Positions 42,447-55,430 of a stretch of DNA of 64,000 nucleotides are shown piece by piece. Position numbers and translations under genes: made by a program. Source of the stretch: Felis catus (Eukaryota); assembly GCF_018350175.1 (NCBI RefSeq), contig NC_058368.1:131752001-131816000 (forward strand), given 5' to 3'. The notes beneath the pieces are model-generated. The model ran no database searches and was not told the origin of the DNA. It was given only the letters and a program-made list of their open reading frames with translations. Within the stretch, counting starts at the first letter, position 1; every line of letters begins with the position of its first letter.

Positions 42447-42780
42447 TAAAAAAAAGTAAAGGGGACCATCTTTGGGATCTAAAGATAGGAAGAGTTCTTA
42501 TCTTTGACACCAAAAGTAATCTAAAAAAGGAAAAACTGAGAAATTGGACTTTATGAAAATTAAAAACTATTACACTGTTCAAGACCTATTAAGAGGATGG
42601 AAAGATAAGCAACATATTAAGAGAAAGTATTTGCAAACCAGATATCCAACAAAGGACTAGAATCTAGAGTACATAAAGGATTCAACAGTAATGAGATGAT
42701 GTTTAACATCATTAGCAATCAGGGAAATGTAAGTTAAAATCACATTGAGATATAACTTCACACCTATCAGAATGCTAAAA

Positions 42781-42979
42781 TTTTTTTTTTAAGTTTATTT
42801 ATTACTGGGGGGAGAGCATGAACAGGGGAGGGACAGACAGAGAGGGAGAAAGACTCCCAAGCAGGCTCTGGGCTGTCAGCATGGAGCCGGACGTGATCTC
42901 CAACTCAAGAACCCTGAGATCATGACCTGAGCCAAAATCTAGGTTGGATGCTTAACTGACTGAGTCACCCAGGTGCCCC
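42781..42979 (-). mobile_element. CAN-SINE nested in L1
   Basis: Reverse body; TSD-like CTATCAGAATGCT. Confidence 0.9.
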
Positions 42980-43676
42980 TATCAGAATGCTTAAAAAAAA
43001 AAAAAAAAAAAAAAATCAAATTCTGGTGAGGCTGCAGAGAAACCTGGTCATTCATACATTTTTGGTAGGGAAGTAAAATAGTATAGCCACTCTGAAAAAC
43101 AGTCTGGCAGTTTATTAAGAAACTAAAGATACAAATACCATAAAACCCAACAATTGTACTTCTGGGTATTCATTTCATAGAAATGAAGATTTCTGTTCAC
43201 CCAAATCCTGTTAATAGCAGCTTTATTTGTAATAGCCCCTAACGGTACACAAGTCAGATATCTTTCAGTGGGTGAAGAGTTAAACAAACTATGGGATATC
43301 TATGTGATAAAACACTACTCGATAATTAAAAGAAACAAACTATTGAAATATGCAACAACCTCAGTGAATCTCTAGAAAATTACAGCTAGCTAAAAAAATC
43401 TAAAAAGATTATATACTATATGAATCCATTCATAAAACATTTTTGAAATTACAATATTACAGAAATGGCAAATTTTTGGTTGCCAGAAATTAAGAAGGTA
43501 GTAAGGACAAGAGAGAAGTGGGTGTGGCTTTTAAAAAGGCAATATGAAAAAATAAATAAAAAATAAAGATTAAAAAGGCGATATGAGTGATACAAATATT
43601 CTGTATCTTGACTCTACCAATGTCAGAATCCTGGTTGTGATACTATACTACAATTCTGGAAGATATTATCATTGGC

Positions 43677-46050
43677 TTGTAAAATTATAAAATTGGCTTG
43701 TCAGTTTCTAAAACAGCCTGCTAGAATTTTGATTGTGTTTAGTTTGAATCTATAAATCAAGGGGGGAGAAATGACATCTTAAAAATATTTAATCTTCTAT
43801 TCCATGAATATGGTATATCTTTTGATTCATTCATTAATTTCCCTCAGCAATGTTTTATATGCTTCAGTCTTGTGCATCTTTTAGTCAGTTTATCCCTAAA
43901 TATTTCATATTTTTAATGCTATTATAAAAGGTATTTTTAACATTTCAGTTTCTGATTGTTTATTGTTACAATACAGAAATACAATTGATTTTTTGCCCAT
44001 TGATTGATCTTATATTCTACAACTTTGCTAAACTTCATTCTTAGGTTATTAGGTTCCAGAAGTTTTCTTTGGTAGATTTCACAGGATTTCTACCTAGACA
44101 ACTATGTCATCTGCAAATAGTTTTCACTCTTTGTTTTCCAATCTGGATGCCTTTGATTTCTTTTTCTTGGCTTAATCTTCACCACAAAGTTGAGTAGCGG
44201 CTAGAATCTTCACCACAAAGTGGTGAAGTTGAGTAGAAGTGGGAAGAGAAGACATCTTTGCTTTGTTCCTTATGTTATGGAAACATTCAGTCTTTTACCA
44301 TTAGGTATTATGTAATCTTCCAGTTTTGTTTTGTTTTGTTTTGTTTTTATGTCCTTTATGAAGTTGATAAAGTTCCCTTCTTTTCCTAGTTTACTATCAA
44401 ACTATCAGAAATAGACAGTGAACTTCTTTGAATTATTTAAAATACTGTAATTATCATCTACGTGTTCTTTTGTAAAGAGCTGTTAAAAATGATGAATTAC
44501 ATTGTCTTGTTTTTGAACGTGAAACAAATCTTATACTATTGGGATAAACTTCACTTGGTTATATTATCATTTTCACATATTGTTGGATTTGATTTGCTAA
44601 AGTTCTTTTAATTGCCTAAAATTGCTTAAAATTCTGTTTGTGCCTGTGTTTATAGGAATCTCTACTTTTCTTGTAGTTTCTTAGAGGAATGCTGGTCTTA
44701 GAAATTGAGTTGGAAAGTTCTCCATCATATTCAATTTTTAAGATCTTATGTAGGAAATGGCATTATTTCTCCTTCAACATCTGGAAGAATTAGGAGAGAA
44801 GTCATTCAGCTATGGAGTTTGCTTTGTTGAAAGTTTTTAAGCTAACCATTTAACTTCTTTAATAGATGCAGGCTATTCAGTTCATTTTTTGAGGGAGTTT
44901 TTATAGTTTGTATGTTTCAACTAATTCTCTATTTTATCTAAGTTGTTCAACTTATTGGCATAAGGTTTTCCACAATATTCCCTTATGTAAAATAAGGGAA
45001 TATCTGTATAATCTGTAGTATTATCACTTATTTCATTTCTGGTATTGTTTCTTTGTTTTGTTTTTGTTTCTTTTGTTTGTTTTTGTTTTGATTTTTTTTT
45101 TGTTTTGATTTTTACCTGATCAGTTTGGATAGCAATTTTTTAATTTTATAGATCTCAAAGAACCAGCTTTTTTGGTTTTACTAATTTTCTCTATTGTTTT
45201 CCTATTTTCCATTTCAGTGATTTCATCTCCAATCTTTTTTTATTATCTTTCTTCTGCTTACTTTGAGTTTCATTCACTTTTCTTTTTCTAGTGTGTTAAA
45301 GCAGAGGTGAAGTCATAAATTTGAGATATTTCTTCCTTCTAATACAGGAAGTTAGTGTTATAATTTCCTTTAGGTACTGTTTTATGAGCATCCCATAAAT
45401 ATTGTGTTTTTATTCATTCAGTTCAAAATACTTTGTAATTTCCTTTTGCATTTTTTCTTTGACCCAGTGGTTTATTTAGAAGTGTTAGGTTACATATATT
45501 GAGTGAATTTTCCAGGAAGCTGTCACTATATTTCTAATTTAATTTCCTTGTGGCTAGAGAATATATTTTGCATAATGTGAACCCTTTAAAATCTATCAAG
45601 GCTTGTTTTATAACACAGAATAAGGCCTATCTAGCTAGACATTCTGTGCGAACCTGAAAAAAATGTGTACTCTGTAGTTGTTGGGTGAGGTGTTCTATAA
45701 ACATTAAAAAGGTCAAGTTGGCTGACAGTGTTATTCAAGTCTTATATCCTTTCTGATTTACTGTCTACCTGTTCCATCAGTTATTGAGAGAGGCATACTG
45801 ACTGACATCTACAACTGTAATTGTGAATTTGTTTATCCACAAGGATTTACCGTGGTAGTTCTATCAGGGTTTGTCTCATATAGTTTAAATTTGTTATTAG
45901 GTGCATAACCACTTAGTATTCATAAACACTTAGTATTCATATGTCCTCTTCATTAACACTTTTATCATTTTAAAGCAACCCTCTTTATCTCTAGAAACAT
46001 TCTTTGTTTTGAAATTGACTTGATCTGATATTAGTCACTTTAGCTTTAGC
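43677..46050 (-). mobile_element. Old L1M ORF2 segment, minus strand
   Basis: Antisense ORF2 text from the post-RT region (GCTTGTCAGTTTCTA..GAATCTATAAATCAA) down to the endonuclease region (TATTAGGTGCATA). Confidence 0.85.
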
Positions 46051-46399
46051 TCGAGATTTTTTTTTTTTTGTAGCTATAATAAGCTCAGAATGACTACTGT
46101 AAACATGCCCCTTCCCAAAGTTATAAGAAACAAAGCAAATACGTAGCTATGGGAAAAATAACCTCTTCCATTTAGGAATGATGGATATGGAGTCCACTGA
46201 CTAGATTATATAGAGAAATTACTTCTAATAAAAACAAAACAATCCCAGAATTTAAGACATCTTTTTTCCTGGCTACTACCCTTAGGAACTAGCAGTGCTT
46301 ACGATAATAGTGTATGAGAATTCAAGCACTGAAGATGAAAGTTTGATTTAGACAGTTCAGTGTTTCTATACTACCATTCTTAAAACTATTCCACCTCTA

Positions 46400-46629
46400 T
46401 TTATTGAAGGTCTTTCTGAGACAGGATATTGAAATGTACACAGACATAGGGAAAAGAATTTGAGTTTCTGCAAAACAGGAATTTCTTGGTAAAAGATACA
46501 AACACTGGAGTAAAAAATTGAAGGCAAAAGCCTCCGTAGCACTTAAATTTTTTAACGATCATCAAGAGTGGCAGTCTCTTGTGTGACATACAGAAGTCGG
46601 AGGATATGATCCTGTGTTTAGAGACAACT
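46400..46629 (-). other. Candidate alternative terminal exon of SREK1IP1
   Basis: Acceptor TTTTTTCTTATTATTACAG|, in-frame continuation from exon 3 to TGA at 46564-46562, and AATAAA at 46405-46400. Confidence 0.35.
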
Positions 46630-46835
46630 CTGTAATAATAAGAAAAAACCGTCCAGTAGTACCTGCAGTGTCAGATACCAGATTTTTGTCTGCATGTCAC
46701 CAGGTTTGTAGCTACTCCAGCTGCTTTTAAATACTTGACTAGATAGTTCCCAACCTAGATCCATTCATCTAAATTTCCCAATCACTGCTGTGACTTCTAA
46801 TCAACTACTTTGCAAATATCTTTTGTAGTTTTCTT

Positions 46836-47048
46836 TTTTTTTTTTCAACGTTTATTTATTTTTGGGACAGAGAGAGACAGAGCATGAACGGGGGAGGGGC
46901 AGGGAGAGAGGGAGACACAGAATCGGAAACAGGCTCCAGGCTCTGAGCCATCAGCCCAGAGCCCGACGCGGGGCTCGAACTCACGGACCGCGAGATCGTG
47001 ACCTGGCTGAAGTCGGACGCTTAACCGACTGCGCCACCGAGGCGCCCC
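46836..47048 (-). mobile_element. Young felid CAN-SINE
   Basis: CpGs intact; perfect 17-bp TSD TCTTTTGTAGTTTTCTT (46819-46835 / 47049-47065). Confidence 0.96.
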
Positions 47049-47315
47049 TCTTTTGTAGTTTTCTTATAAAAAGTACATTTTGAGCCAAACAGAGGTTTAT
47101 TTCAATTACCCCATGGATTCATGTAAGCCTTATCTTTATGAACCCTGAAACCACCAGTGTAAGTCATTTACTTGAATCTGATTCCAGCAGTTACTAAAGG
47201 AAATAACAAATACAATTATGGTAATATGCAAATATCTCATTTTGGCATTTTTTCCTGGGCAGTGTTCAGTATCAACCATCTTTAAATGATATCAAGTATG
47301 AATTTAACATAAAAC

Positions 47316-47478
47316 TTTTTTCATGTGTATTTATTTTTGAGAGAGAGGGTGTGAGGGTCTGAAGCAGGTTTTGCACTAACAGCAGAGAGCTCAACGTGGG
47401 GCTTGAACTCAGGAACAGTGACATCATGACCTGAGCCAAAGTTGGATGCTCAACCGACTGAGCCACACCTAGGCACCC
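47316..47478 (-). mobile_element. CAN-SINE (internally shortened)
   Basis: Reverse body; TSD ACATAAAACTTTT. Confidence 0.88.
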
Positions 47479-47492
47479 ATGACATAAAACTT

Positions 47493-47523
<31 letters not shown>

Positions 47524-48801
47524 TTTTCATAAAACTTTCTTAACCAAACCAAACCATCAAAATAACCTCAAACCTCCAAATTTGTCAAAATATATTTATT
47601 TTCTGGACTGAAATAAAAGAATATCATAAAATATTAAGGGATGTATGAGTAGAGGAATACCTCCTAATTACAGGTAAATAGCTAATTAATATTAAATAAC
47701 ACTAGGTAAAATAGAATGAGAAAAAAAATCCATACTCTTGAACTTCTTGGGTCCTTTGTAAATAGTAAAAATTTACCTTGACTTTCTGTATATTCTAATA
47801 TAAACAGGTCTTCAAATATTTGCTACTATCATATACAATTCCAAAGGAAAGTTTCTCAGCAAGTTTAAAACACAGTATAAAACCTTAACAAGTTTCCTAG
47901 AGTATTGTAGTGTCACTAGACAGTAAGCATTTTCACACATAAACATACACATACACACACTGTGAGTCAATAAGATTGTACAATCCTCATCAGACACTGA
48001 TTGTTCAATCTTTCCCTGTTCACAGCACTGGTAACACAATTTTAGAACGCTGTACAGGTTCCAGGTTGTTGATGATAATAAAACTGCAATGATTGTACCC
48101 ATCCATGTCAAGTCCTGCTCTCACATTTTCTAATTTGTGTCAAAAAATTGATATATTTGTCATTTAGACTATTTTCTTTGTTTTAAATGAAAGATTATTT
48201 TCTTTTAATTCCCTAAGTATATAAAATGCATTGAAAAATATACAATATAATAGAAATAAATACAAACAGAGGCAAAAAAGAACATAACATACAAAAATAA
48301 ATTTTGGGTTTTATTTTTTGGTGACATTTATCTCTCCTCCCCTTTATGTCTCTGTTTCATGAAAGCAGAACAACTAATTAATGTAAGCACATTAAAAATT
48401 CTTAGCTTTCTCCTGGCTCACTATTTTTATTATCATTAAAAACAAAAACAAAAAGAAAAAGCACACACACACACACACACACACAAAACTTAGTCAAGAT
48501 AGTTGGTACAAGAGCTCCCCACCTTGAAGAACCAAGGCAGGATTCAAGGAACCCTCAGGAGTACTAAAGGATATGGCATGAGAACTCACGATCAATAGGT
48601 CAGTGTTTTACCCTGACCCCATCAGACATCCTGAGCAGTAACAGAAAGTTATCAATGGAACTAAGAACCACAACCTCTACACTCCCTTCTTCCCTGTATT
48701 TAGGAACCAATTTATTGTTTATTTGAGTGGCAGGAGTTGGGGGCAGGGGGGCACTGGGCTTCCACTAGATAACCATGAAATAAATTTGCATCCCCTTAAA
48801 A

Positions 48802-48822
48802 AATGTTTAATGTTTATTTATT

Positions 48823-48858
<36 letters not shown>

Positions 48859-49023
48859 GGAACATGAATGGAGGAAGGTCAGAGGGAGGAAGACACAGAA
48901 CCTGAAGCAGGCTCCAGGCTCTGAGCTGTCAGCACAGAGCCCAATGTGGGGCTTGAACTCACGAATGGTGAAATCATGACCTGAGCTGAAGTCGGACTTA
49001 ACTGACTGAGCCACCTGGATCCC
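48802..49023 (-). mobile_element. CAN-SINE
   Basis: Reverse body with (GA)n. Confidence 0.9.
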
Positions 49024-49409
49024 TTTTATAATACTTTATTACTGAAATCTGCATGATATACAGGAATGAGCACTCTCCTAAGTGGGAGTCATGATACTGG
49101 GAAACAAGTTCTGAGCCTCTAAGTGACCATAGGCAAGTGTACCTTTTTAAGAAAGAAAATCTACATTGAGTCAGTCATTTTCAGCGTGAAAGTAAGGGAA
49201 AGCTGATTCGAATAAGGAAGTTTTATCCCTTCCTGGTGATTATGGGATGTTAACTCCCTCCCTTTCCTGCCAGGGTAGATTTGTCCCAGGTGTTCATATT
49301 GAAAAATCACCTCTAGAATAAACCTCTATTCACGATGACAGTGTACTTTATCCTTCAAGATGCATATGGTGAAGGAAAAAAAAGTGAAGAACCAAAAGAC
49401 TGGATAATC

Positions 49410-49585
49410 TCCACGGTAGGAGAGCAGCACACTACAGTGTAAACAGTATAGGACCAGTAGGCAAGAAACACAGATCACGGTGCTGGCTTCACTGTGATGT
49501 TAGTCACTTGGGAGTCATCTGTCTTCAGTTCCTTTTCTGTAAAACTAGGTTTAAATTATGTGTTTTCTAAGAGTATTACGAATTC
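49410..49585 (+). mobile_element. MIR fragment
   Basis: CACTGTGATGTTAGTCACTTG..TCTGTCTTCAGTTCCTTTTCTGTAAAA core. Confidence 0.45.
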
Positions 49586-49859
49586 TCAAGTTTTTGTTTT
49601 TGTTTGGTTTTGGGATTTGGGGGGTGGCGGTTTCTGTTTGTTTTTTGTTTTTAGACACAGCAGTGTAGATGGATGGGGTAGAACTGTCCTTGTGGAATTG
49701 GCAATCTTGGGCTTTCTCTCCTAGAATCTTCAGCTTTGCTCCTTCAGCCTGCTCTCTATACCTGGTGCCTGTCTTCCTGAGATCTCCTTTACAAGTGACC
49801 TAGGGACTCCCTTCCTATCTCCTCTACTTCCTATAAAGTCTTCTTTCTTAGGGTATATT

Positions 49860-51350
49860 CCCTTACTTTGGTAGAAACCTCTGGAATCAGTGCTCTCAGA
49901 AAGGGTATGTGAGAGATAATTTTTTTTTTTTTCATTTTGAATGTCTGCCAATGCCTTTATTCTATTCCACACTTGGTTGATAATTTGGTTGGGTATATCA
50001 TTCTAATTTGGATACAACTTTCCTTCAAAAATCTGAAAGCATTATCCACATCTACTAGCTTCCAGTATCACTTTAGAGAAGAACAAAGTTATTCTGACTC
50101 CTGATTTTTTACCTATGACTTGTTTTATCCTTGACTCTGGAAATTTCAATTATATTCTCATTTCCTATGATATGAAATTTTGTAACAGTGTGCCTTTATG
50201 TGAGTCTAATTTTAACTCTGTGCTTAGTACTGGTTGAACCCTTTCATCTGGAAACTAATGTCCTTCAGTTCCTGGAAATTCCTTCTGTATTCTCTATCTG
50301 GGACTCATGTGAATGAAGTATTTTCTAGACTGATTCTTCAATTGTCTTAACTATTTTTTTCCTTCCCTTGTTTTGCTTGTTAGATTTATCTTCCATCTCT
50401 GTTAAGTTCTTTATGTCTGCTTCTTTTTTAATTTCCAAAAGTTCTTTTGCTGATTTGTTCTTTTTATAGTATCTTATTCTGTTTCATGGGTGCTATATCT
50501 TATCTTTCTATAAAACTGGATATTAATGATTTCTGTTTTTTTCTCCTTTCATAGCCTGTGTATCCTTCAAGCTGACTTTTTTTGTTCATTGGTTGGTTTT
50601 AGTATCTATATTTCACTTGAGAGTCTTTCCTCGGATATTTAGTGCTTGATGATTGTCTAAAAAGCTGAAGCTTTGAGCAAGCAAAGCATGGAAATCTCAA
50701 CTTAACTGATAATGTGACTATGTCATGTCTTTGGTCATTATCTTTATTTCTTTTTTCTTAGACTGGTCAGATCTCCCAGAGATAGATCTTCCGATCTTCT
50801 GCCTGGGTGATACACGTCTGGGAACCAAACAGGTGAAGATGGCTGGAAGGTTCTCACCTTCAACTTACTGTTTTCATATGTGTTTGGTATATCTCAGTTT
50901 AAAGACCCTTTGTTTTACCTGTCTAGAAAACAGAGCTGCAATAGCCTACTGAGGTAATGGAGGGAAGCCATCTGGCTTCACAGAGTAGGGAAAGGTAACT
51001 GAAGGGAATTACTTCAGATTTTTAACCAATTCCTCTGTTTTTAGCTTTACTGACATCCTCACAGAGGTACCTAAGGATACTCATTATCAAGTTGTCTGGG
51101 AGTTTTAAAATGTGCACTATCAGGTTACTCCTCAGATTTCCTATTATTAAAGGACTGAACTTTCTCAAGTACGCAGTCCGTTGTCACTAAACCCAACTGC
51201 TTTTCATAACTGTGTTACTATTGCTTCCTACCTCATTTTGTCTTTGTGCATTTATGTTTTTTTTTTTAATTCTTCCATTATCATTTCAGTGGTGTTTCAG
51301 TAGGGAATAAAATCAAGTATATATACTCAAGCAGCTACTTTTACTTGAAG
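49860..51350 (-). mobile_element. Ancient L1M ORF1/5' region, minus strand
   Basis: GAATGTCTGCCAATGCCTTTATT..TTGGTTGGGTATATCATTCTA..CTAGCTTCCAGT resembles antisense ORF1. Confidence 0.65.
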
Positions 51351-52339
51351 CTGTATATACTCAGCCTTAGCGTTCCTCTTTGAGACTCTCCCTCTTCTGC
51401 CTTCTCAGCTTGTCCTAGTACCCTGGCATTTGACTTTTCATTTACCTTCACTAGATATAATATGGAAAGCTTAAGAAGTTTTAAGGTGTTTTTTGTTTAT
51501 TGTTCTCTGATAATCTAAAGTAAGATTTTAACTTTTTGTATCTCTCATTCTATGCCTAAAGCCATATTCAAACAAGCTGCATTTTGATTGTGTGACATCT
51601 ACCATATATCATTTTGAAGTCCACGGTGTATTTCCACATACAGCATTACACAGTATCCCTAAAAGCCCCACTTCAAGGATAGGCCATTTTATATACAAGA
51701 TGGGAAAGAAATGATTAAACAGCAGGTATACAATCTACTCCTTCTGTGAGGAGAGAGGAGCATGCCCCCAACAAAAAAAGAAGGTAACTTGGTCAAATCT
51801 CTTTGTAAACATGCTAATGACAGACCTCCTGGAAACAAATTAATGGTGTTTGCTAGCTAGAGAATACCTTTGGGGGTGGAAGGTGGAGGGTTGTGCTTTT
51901 TCTCACAGTTCTAAAAGCTAGAAGTCCACAATCAAGTTGTTGGCAAGAGAATCCTTATTTATAGACTACTTATAAATGATGTACTTATAAACGATGTCCA
52001 TGATGTACTGGATCTAAGATAGTTTATGATATATAATCCTGGAATCTATGGATTTATGCGGCATGGCTCACTGGAAAATGTAACTATATGGACATAACAT
52101 TGACATGTTTCATGATTAAATGACTTTCTTTTGTGTAATGAAGAAACCTCATGTTAATCTTGGCCAGAATGGGTTGTGAAGGAGAAAGAAAGAAAATACC
52201 CAGGGAGCTATGCTGGTGGCCCTAGATTTTCTGCAGTTTTCCCTATGCTTCATGATCATTTATGTACTTGAAATTCTTAGTAAAGCTTGGTACTGGCTAA
52301 TATCTCTGATTTGAATTAGTGTGATTTGACAAATTGATC

Positions 52340-52640
52340 TTTTGTGTTATCCTACAAGGAAATTAAGGTTCACAGGGGTTAAACAACTTGTTGAAAGTCA
52401 CTTGCTAAAAAATGGCCAAATGGGTCTAGAAACCAAGTCTTAAATCAGATTCTTTATACCATGTGACACATCTTAGTGTGATGGAAAAACAACAATAACA
52501 AAACCTGCTTTGTGGAATGAGAAATTGATGTGCCTCCTAGTTCTAACACTGATCTGCTGTTTGATTTGGGGCAAAGTACTTACAACATCCAAAGCCTATC
52601 CTTACCCATGCAGTGCCTCTTACATATATACACAAGGTAT
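52340..52640. mobile_element. MIR fragments in opposite orientations
   Basis: GGAAATTAAGGTTCACAGGGGTTAAACAACTTG (minus) and GTTTGATTTGGGGCAAAGTACTT (plus). Confidence 0.45.
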
Positions 52641-52737
52641 CTTAATGATAAGTATAACAGAACAATAAATAAACATTACATAATAAAGCAGAACATTTAG
52701 AAACATTTTTAAAGGATGTAGGGAAAGAAAAGTATTA

Positions 52738-52977
<240 letters not shown>

Positions 52978-53170
52978 TCAGGGTTAAACAAGTTACAATT
53001 TTAATAGTATAATGTTTAGTTTCAACTTTTATTCAGTGAGTAGTAGTTTGCTTTTTCTGAACACACCGCTCAGAGAAATTTTTCCTGTTTTCCCTATGTA
53101 CTTAATTGCATAGCAACTACATAGCTTTCATCTAATTAAAGGTGTCATGACAATATAATTGTGTTTTTCT

Positions 53171-53407
53171 TTTTTTTTATTTAAAAAAAAATTTTTTTTC
53201 AACGTTTATTTATTTTTGGGACAGAGAGAGACAGAGCATGAACGGGGGAGGGGCAGAGAGAGAGAGGGAGACACAGAATCGGAAACAGGCTCCAGGCTCT
53301 GAGCCATCATCAGCCCAGAGCCCGACGCGGGGCTCGAACTCCCGGACCGCGAGATCGTGACCTGGCTGAAGTCGGACGCTTAACCGACTGCGCCACCCAG
53401 GCGCCCC
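53171..53407 (-). mobile_element. Young felid CAN-SINE
   Basis: Nearly identical to the 46836 and 63059 copies; TSD core TGTGTTTTTCT (53160-53170 / 53413-53423). Confidence 0.96.
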
Positions 53408-53559
53408 TTGACTGTGTTTTTCTAAAGAACACTTAAAAATTTAATTTTGAAAAACAATTTTCATTCTGACATCATTCACCTCCTAAAGCTGATCCCTACA
53501 AGAAAACTACAACAGTTACGTATTTATGACATGATACAACTTAAAAAAAAAAAAAATCA

Positions 53560-55030
53560 AACCGTACAAATACCAGAAAAGTACAGGAAATTATATAACC
53601 AATATCCAAGTGCCTATCCACTCACATGTTAACATTTTGTTATTCAATTAGAGTGTTTTTTTTCTTAATGGCAAGTGTTTGCACATATGTGCGTGCATAC
53701 ACACAAAATTGGGGGCCTTGCACCATTCCTTAGAACCCTGTCCTAATCCCATTCTATTCTTTCTTCAGAATTGGCATACTGAAGTTGTATTTATCTTTCC
53801 AAAACAGCATATCTGATTATTTATTTCACATAAACTCAATTATACTTACCTACCAATCTGCAACTAGTGTTTGCCACTCAATATTATATTTTGTGATTTA
53901 CCTATATTAACATAAGTATATGTAACTATCTCATTTTATCTGATGAATAATGTTCCATTATATAAGAATACGATTTATTTATCTTCTCTACTACTGCTAG
54001 AATCTTAGTTTGCTTTCAGTACTTTGCTATTATAAATAATGCTGAAATGAGTAGCTGTACATGTACTTTCTGCACACGACATTGTTTCTCTAAGGCAGCC
54101 ACTTTCCTTTTTTTTTTTTTTTTACTATGATTCACTGATGGTAAAAAATAACAGTAAAACTAAGTGTATTGATATATACACCCAAATACAAATACACACT
54201 AATACACAAATATGAAACAAAAAGTGACCTGAGTACTACATGTGATATCCCAAAACAAAAAGCAAACAAAAATAAAAACAACAAAAAAGTGCTAACAGTA
54301 ACCATGCAATTGATTCCACAACACACTAATGATTCACCATAACTCTGTGCTAGAGTTTATTTCTAGTTCTCTCTTGGAAGTTCTAGATTTATTCAAGAAC
54401 ATCTCGTATTAGAGTCCCAATCGTAGGACCCTGGGCCTTGCTTTTATCCCCTGCACTCTGCAAACCCATGAAAACCCAAGTTCAAGAACACTGGGCTCAG
54501 GAAATACTCTCAAGTCTTACCTCTTAGAGTTTCTGCTTTCCTTTGATTATTGTCCTCTGAGCATTCTCTAATTATTTTCTTCCTAGAACACTGTTGTATC
54601 TAAAATATGTACTGCACATTTTATACAAGTTTCTTAACTGCTTGCAAGAGGATCCTGTCTGCCATACTGCTGGAAATAAGTTTCCTTCAGTATGATTTCC
54701 TTTCAAATGAATCATTCGTAAGTATTCTTTTCAGTTTCCAAACATATGGAGTTTTCAAATTAAGTTTTTGTTGATTTATGAAGATATTACACTGTTATCA
54801 GAAAGTAGGGTCTGTATGATATCAGTTATTTGGTATTTGCTGAGATTACTTTTGTGGACTATCATGCAGTAAATTCATGAAATGATTTGGTATGCATTTT
54901 AAAAGAATATATATCACTCTGTTGAATAGAGTGCTATGTCTATTCTGTTGCTCAAATCTTCTCCATCTTATTATTTTTTTGCCTAATAACTTCTGAGGGT
55001 ATAATTTTTAAGTACCTCTATGATTATAGA
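53560..55030 (-). mobile_element. Ancient L1M fragments
   Basis: ATGTTCCATTATATAAG..TTTGCTATTATAAATAATGCTG 3'-type text, plus endonuclease-region text at 54.7-55.0 kb. Confidence 0.5.
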
Positions 55031-55216
55031 GAACATAAAGGTTGTATCATAAACTTCTCAATTATTAAACATAACTAATTCCACTAAGCTTCATATCCCT
55101 ATTATGATACCCAAAAATGAAGGCTTCTGAATCTATTTATCTTCCATGAAGCCTTACCCTCATATTGCTGTTACTGCTCCCCTGACCTACAATCATCACC
55201 CCCTTCTCCCCCTATC

Positions 55217-55430
55217 TTTTTTATTTTTTGTTTATTCATCTTTGAAAGACAGAGAGAGACAGAGCACAAGCGGGGGTGGGGCAGCGAGAGAGGGAGGGAG
55301 ACAGAGAATCTGAAGCAGGCTCCAGGCTCTGAGCTGTCAGCACAGAGCCCGATGTGGGGCTCAAACTCACCAGGAGATCATGACCTGAGCCGAAGTCGGA
55401 TGCCCAACTGACTGAGCCACCCAGGTGCCC
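55217..55430 (-). mobile_element. CAN-SINE
   Basis: Reverse body; TSD-like CTCCCCC(T/A)ATC. Confidence 0.92.

Larger units (their letters stand above)
36530..43676 (+). mobile_element. Near full-length degenerate LINE-1 (L1MC-like 3' UTR), antisense to SREK1IP1
   Basis: 5'UTR-like start, ORF1-like region (37.6-38.5 kb), endonuclease text (SDKIDF..LNVYAPNNRAKKYMKQ, ORF 39148-39348), RT and C-terminal remnants, and 3'UTR GTATCTTGACT..CCTGGTTGTGATA..GATATTATCATTGG. Confidence 0.88.

Noticed and set aside
45910..45942. CACTTAGTATTCATA tandem duplication (similar small duplications at 5015-5060 and 51968-52010)
   Set aside because: Two-copy slippage events inside decayed repeats; not arrays and not CRISPR-like.
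46862..47083. Recurrent MGQRETEHERGRGR ORFs (also 63104-63412) and MAQSVK ORFs
   Set aside because: Translations of CAN-SINE bodies.
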